From the human T2T-CHM13v2.0 reference genome, Homo sapiens, in NCBI RefSeq assembly GCF_009914755.1, contig NC_060930.1: a stretch of DNA of 64,000 nucleotides; one strand, 5' to 3'. Shown piece after piece: positions 58,620-64,000 of the stretch (the first letter of the stretch is position 1; each line of letters opens with the position of its first letter). A model generated the notes under the pieces. The model worked only from the letters and a program-made list of their open reading frames with translations. It did no database searches and was not told the origin of the DNA. Position numbers and translations under genes: made by a program.

Positions 58620-61600
58620 AATTCAACATTATGGCATAGAAGAGGATAATCTAAAACCATCCAGTATTAATTGAGATGAGATAATAGCTAAAGAAAAATG
58701 AATTGTATAAAAAAGTAGATGTGTGCATCCAAGCAGGGGACCCAGAGTGCAAATGATTGAGAGACAGAAGCCTGGATAATTGGTCCTGGCTATTAGAAGC
58801 CATTTGTCAGGGTGGGGTGCCTCCTAGTCAGATGAGAACAAAGAAACTTCCACCTGCTGCAAATAATTCAGTAACTGACAGCAAAGAACAGGTTTCTGGA
58901 AAGTAATCACTTTCCACACTATATAATGGAATGGACTCTTCCAGATGAGGGGTTTAAAACTCAGCACAAGTAACTCCAAGTTGAATAAGGTCTCAGAGAA
59001 CTTTCACCTCTGAAATACTTAAGGATCACTTCTCTTATCAGTTTATCTGCCCATTTGCTCAGGGAACTAGATAGACCTTCTATCATCCATGGATAAGCCT
59101 CCTTGGCTGACATTAAATGAACCAAGAGCTGTGAGAGGATAGAGGGAGGAAAATAAATGTCTGCTAAAGAAGCTTTGAGCCTTTTAGTTTCTAGTTTATT
59201 ATCAATCATATTTAGAATTAAATATCTACTAGGAGAAATGTTAAACATAATTTGGAGTTTGAGATATAGAGCCAAGACCGTGCAGAATATTCAATTAAGA
59301 CTGTTTTGTCTCTTAGCAAAGGAATTTCTGGCTGAAGTAGTGGCTCAAGAAAAATGTACAGAGGCGTAATGATGGATGAGATTCTTTCATTCACCTGAGT
59401 ATTTATTGAGCACATACTACATGTTCAGCATCTGTGAGTCTTGCTTTGGGAATGAAAACAAATGCAAGTATTATTTTGAAGAGAGAAGTAGAAGTTGATA
59501 ATATTTGCTGTGTATTTCAGTAGAGGCAGTGGAGAGGTGTCAGTATAAAGTGCCTCAAATTTAACACCTAGGATTTTGTTTTCTGGAGAATAAAGGATGG
59601 GATACCTGTCTATTTAAGGTGAGGGTGAATTGAGACTGAAGAATTAAAAAAAGGTAAAATAAAAAATGTAGTGAGGAAAAAAAAGGCAAGTATATCGATT
59701 ATACAGATAGGTAGTGAGGAAAAAAAAGAAAAAAAAGGCAAGTATATCTGTTAGACAGATAGGTGGTTTTCACTCAGTTTCTTCTGTAAACTTCTAATAG
59801 TCCCTAGTTGTTGGCACAATGTCTGTAAGTAAAAGGGCAGTTTCAAACAAGTAACAATGAAATTATTTTATTCATATACATTACTCAAATTTGAAAGTTT
59901 TTGATAATCACAGAAATTCCATTATATAAGTTGCATGACATCCCCAATTTTAGAAAATCACAAAAAATATGGTCAAAAGTGATTAATTGGTAATGATATA
60001 TTAGCTCCTATAAACTCAGCACTTTCACAAATAATAAAAAATATCCTTGAGACAAAATATTAAAAAACAACTACTTTAAGGCACCAGGGAGCAAATAAAA
60101 GCAGGCAGATACTAGAGAAGCACTAAAAGCTAAACCAAGGAAGAGAACTGAGTGAGTCCCACATTCTTAAGGCTTTTAGCTTGAGGGTAAGTCCCAGTTG
60201 TTGTCCTGTCAGGTTGTCAAAAATGGATAAAAACCCATCATCCTACTGGCTTAAAGAACCACAGGACAGAAGTCCACATATTAACAGATAAGCATTTTAA
60301 AGCAGCTATTACAATTATGCTCAAGGGTAGGGGAATATATACTTAAAATAAACGAAAATATTGGAAATCTCACCAGAGAATTATAAACCATAAAAAGTGA
60401 AATAAATGGAAATTACATAAGTAAAAAATACAATATCTGAAATTTAAAAATCACTGTATGTGCTTGACAGCATGCTGTATACAACAGAAGAAAGAGTTCG
60501 TGACCTTGAAATTATCCAAGCTGTAGGCCAAAGAGATAATGATTTAAACAGAAATGAATTTTAAAAACCCACATGAAACCATGGAAAATATCAAAGTATC
60601 GAATATATGAGTAATTTGAGTCCCAGAAGAAAAGAAGAGTGAGAATTGGCGGAAAAGTACTTGAAGTGGGCTCAGTATAAAAAGAAAATATCTAAACCAG
60701 CTAGAGAAAAATGACATTCTACATACAATAGGACAACATTCTGAATAATCACTGATTTCTCATGAGGAACTCTGGGGACCAGAAGGAAATGGAATAACTT
60801 CTTTAAACTGCTGAAAGAAAAATACAAGCTTTCAACTCCAAATTCTATATTCAGTGAAAATATCCTTTAAAATGAAGGCAAACAAAAAGCATTTTCAAAT
60901 AAAAAACAATCAAGAGAATTTGTCAACAGCAGACATGCACTAAAAATGCTAATGAAGTTCTTCTGACTGAAAGAAAATAATACTGGATGTAAATTTATAT
61001 TTTCAGGAAAAAAATATTAGAGATGGTAGATACCTGGGTAAATATAAAATAAGTTTCTTCTTACTTTCTTTTACACTACATAGGTCTGTTTAAAGTACTG
61101 ATTACACAAAATTCTTGTGGGGGCATATATAGTCTACAGATGTAATACGTATACCAACTGTATCGTAGAATATAGGAAGAGATACAATATTGATTGTAAA
61201 AGGACTGAAAAGTTTATAGTGTGTATCGTAATCCCCATAGTGTCCAATGAATAATATGCAAAGCAGTAAAGCTAAAAAGCTGACAGAAAAATAAAATAAT
61301 TTTTTAAAAAAATTCAAAGAATCTAAAATAAGGCAAGAATAGAGGAACTAGGGAGCAGGAACTTAAAAGGACAGATGGTGAATAAATAATAAAATGATAG
61401 GCCTAATTCCAATCATATCAACAGTGCACTAAATATTAATGAACTAAACACTCCAATTAAACTGCATAGATGATCAAACTGGATAATAAGCAATACTTAA
61501 CTATGTACTGTATACAAAAGTGCTCTAATTATAAAGCTATAGACAGATCAAAAAGAAATGGATAGAATAAGATATACTGTGCAAATAGTAATGATAGTTG

Positions 61601-61871
61601 AGTGGAGTGGAATTCATATCAGATAAAAAAGACTTCAAGACAAAGAGCATTACCAGAGATAAAGATATTTTGTAATGATAAAATACTTTGTTTTTCAGGA
61701 AGCGATAGCCATCTCAAATGTGTTTAAGTCTAATAATGGGTTTCAAAATATGCTAATCAAAAATTGATAGAATTAAAGGGAGAAATAGTCAATTCCATGA
61801 AAACACGAGACTGCAACATGCCTCTCTTAGCAATTAATAGAACAACTAGACAAAGAAATCAATAAAGTCAT

Positions 61872-62307
61872 TGCTGTGGTTTGAATATTTGTCCCCTCCA
61901 AAATTCATGTTGAAAATTAATCCCTAATGTGATGATTTTGGGAAGCGGAGCTTACTGGGAGGTGTTTGGATTATGGGGGCAGGTACCTCACAAATTGCTT
62001 GATGTTGCTTTCGAGGTAGTGGGTTCTTGCTCGTGGGAGACTGGGTTAGTTCTTATGGGAATGGATTGGTTTTCTCAAGACTGGAAGTTGTTATAAAGCC
62101 AGGACACCCCTCAGATTTTGTCTGTGAATGTGTCCACCCCCGATCTGTTACGTTGTGATGCAGCACGAAAGCCCTCACCAGAAGCCGGGACCATGACCAT
62201 GAACTTCTCAGCTTGCAGAACTATGAACTAAATAAACCTTTCTATAAAAACAATAAATGACCCAGTCTCAGGTATTCCCTTACAGTAACACAAAATGAAC
62301 TAAAACA
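61872..62307 (+). mobile_element. MSTB-like MaLR solo LTR inserted in the L1M
   Basis: TGCTGTGGTTTGAATATTTGTCCCCTCCAAAATTCATGTTG...CCAGTCTCAGGTATTC...GAACTAAAACA. Confidence 0.88.
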
Positions 62308-62763
62308 AACATAGAATACCAGAACAATGCTATCAACCACCTTGACTTGATTGATGTTTATAGAATGTTTTAACCAACAAATGCAGATTACATATTCTCA
62401 GCTGTCAATGGTATGTTCACCAATATAACATGAAGGTTAGCTGTGCAGTAAAAATTTCAATAAATTTAAAAGGATTGAAATCACACAGAGTGTGTTCTCT
62501 AATTATAATAAAATTACATCAAAAATAGAAAACAATAAAATCTATAAAAACCCTAAAACCTATAAAAACCCTAAATGTTGGGAAATTAATCAGCTGTTTT
62601 CTAAGCAATCTAAAGGTCAAAGAAAAAATCAGAGAGACGTTTGAAGATATTTAAAAATGAATAATGGAGTACAACATATTAAAATTTGTCAAATACAGCT
62701 AAAGCAGGCTTAGAGGGAAATTTATAGCTTTAAATACTTCTGTTAAAATGTATATGAAAATCA

Positions 62764-62884
62764 GGCTGGGCACAGTGGCTTATACCTGTAATCCCAGCAC
62801 TTCGGGAGGCCAAGGCGGGAGAATTGTCTGAACCCAGAAGTTTCAGATCAACCTGAGCAACATGCTGAGACCCTGTCTCGAAAA
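62764..62884 (+). mobile_element. FLAM or Alu left monomer
   Basis: GGCTGGGCACAGTGGCT...GAGACCCTGTCTCGAAAA; TSD-like TATATGAAAATCA (62751-62763) and TATATGAAAACCA (63718-63730). Confidence 0.88.
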
Positions 62885-63722
62885 TATATGAGAGATATAT
62901 ATGTATATATATTATATATGTGTATATAGTATATGTATATATTATATATGTGTATATAGTATATGTATATATTATATATGTGTATATATTGTATATGTAT
63001 ATATTATATATGTATATATATTGTATATGTATATATTATATATGTATATATTGTATATGTATATATTATATATGTATATATTGTATATGTATATATTATA
63101 TATGTATATATTGTATATGTATATATTATATATGTATATATATTGTATATGTATATATTATATATGTATATATATTGTATATGTATATATTATATATGTA
63201 TATATATTGTATATGTATATATTATATGTATATATTGTATATATATTATATATGTGTATATTGTATGTGTGTATATTATATATGTGTATATTGTATGTGT
63301 GTATGTTATATATGTGTATATTGTATGTGTGTATGTTATATATGTGTATATTATATACGTGTATGTTATATATGTGTATATTATATACGTGTATGTTATA
63401 TATGTGTATATTATATACGTGTATGTTATATATGTGTATATTATATACGTGTATGTTATATATGTGTATATTATATACGTGTATGTTATATATGTGTATA
63501 TTATATACGTGTATGTTATATATGTGTATATTATATACGTGTATGTTATATATGTGTATATTATATACGTGTATGTTATATATGTGTATATTATATACGT
63601 GTATGTTATATATGTGTATATTATATACGTGTATGTTATATATGTGTATATTATATACGTGTATGTTATATATGTGTATATTATATACGTGTATGTTATA
63701 TATGTATATATATTATATATAT
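62885..63722. repeat. AT-rich minisatellite (30-32 bp units)
   Basis: 12 perfect copies of GTATGTTATATATGTGTATATTATATACGT at 63331-63690, with variant units upstream. Confidence 0.95.
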
Positions 63723-64000
63723 GAAAACCAAAGGAACTAAAAGCAAAAGCATTTCTTAAAAAAATGACAAAATTGGAAGACTTTTTGTTATATATATATT
63801 TTAATACTTTGCGACTTCAAAATTTATCATAAGGCTCTAATCATCAAACTGGTGTGATATTTGCGAAAGGATAGACAAACAGATTAACCACACAGAATTG
63901 AGTTCAGAAAGAGACCCTTACATCTGGATAAAGTTTATACAGGAGTTTTCTGTACTTTTCTTTCAATTTTTCTGATTCTGAAACTATTTCAAAATAAAAA

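Larger units (their letters stand above)
60000..63960 (+). mobile_element. Ancient L1M LINE relic: ORF1-like region, ORF2 endonuclease region and ORF2 C-terminal region
   Basis: From ~61410, ATATCAACAGTGCACTAAATATTAATGAACTAAACACTCCAATTAAA resembles the ORF2 start (ISIITLNVNGLNTPIK); ~62700 GCTTAGAGGGAAATTTATAGCTTTAAAT (LRGKFIALN); ~63845 KTVWYW..DR..D..RIES-like. Confidence 0.8.

Noticed and set aside
62901-63759. Longest ORFs (253-279 aa) in three frames
   Set aside because: Artefacts of a stop-free TA/TG minisatellite (Y/I/C/M/V repeats)

Overview
This window is human non-coding genomic DNA. An AluYb8-lineage insertion at 36768-37075 is human-specific. I see no protein-coding gene, tRNA, rRNA or CpG island. 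Every long ORF in the track comes from L1 ORF2 remnants, Alu or LTR sequence, or a TA-rich minisatellite. Much of the window is interspersed repeat: more than 30 Alus, L1s from young (L1PA2) to ancient (L1M), MaLR/ERVL/ERV1 solo LTRs, Tigger/hAT/mariner DNA-transposon relics, MIR and L2. Repeat-poor blocks (about 0.3-5.9, 15.3-17, 38.4-39.8 and 47-51.9 kb) carry enhancer-like motif clusters and + strand splice signals, compatible with a lncRNA or regulatory locus. A strong CTCF site lies at 28.6 kb. The most notable structures are: (1) an ~85-bp templated insertion copied from 1.37 kb downstream into a MER4 LTR; (2) a MER2 element inflated to 3.2 kb by nested MLT2A, Tigger3b and four Alus; (3) a young L1 with no target-site duplication (TSD); (4) a Yb-lineage Alu with 7 of 8 diagnostics; (5) an Alu monomer with an apparently inverted tail; (6) an 840-bp polar VNTR grown from an Alu tail. 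I cannot support a genuinely new biological system here. Repeat subfamily names come from remembered consensus sequences, not from a RepeatMasker run, and boundaries of old elements are approximate.
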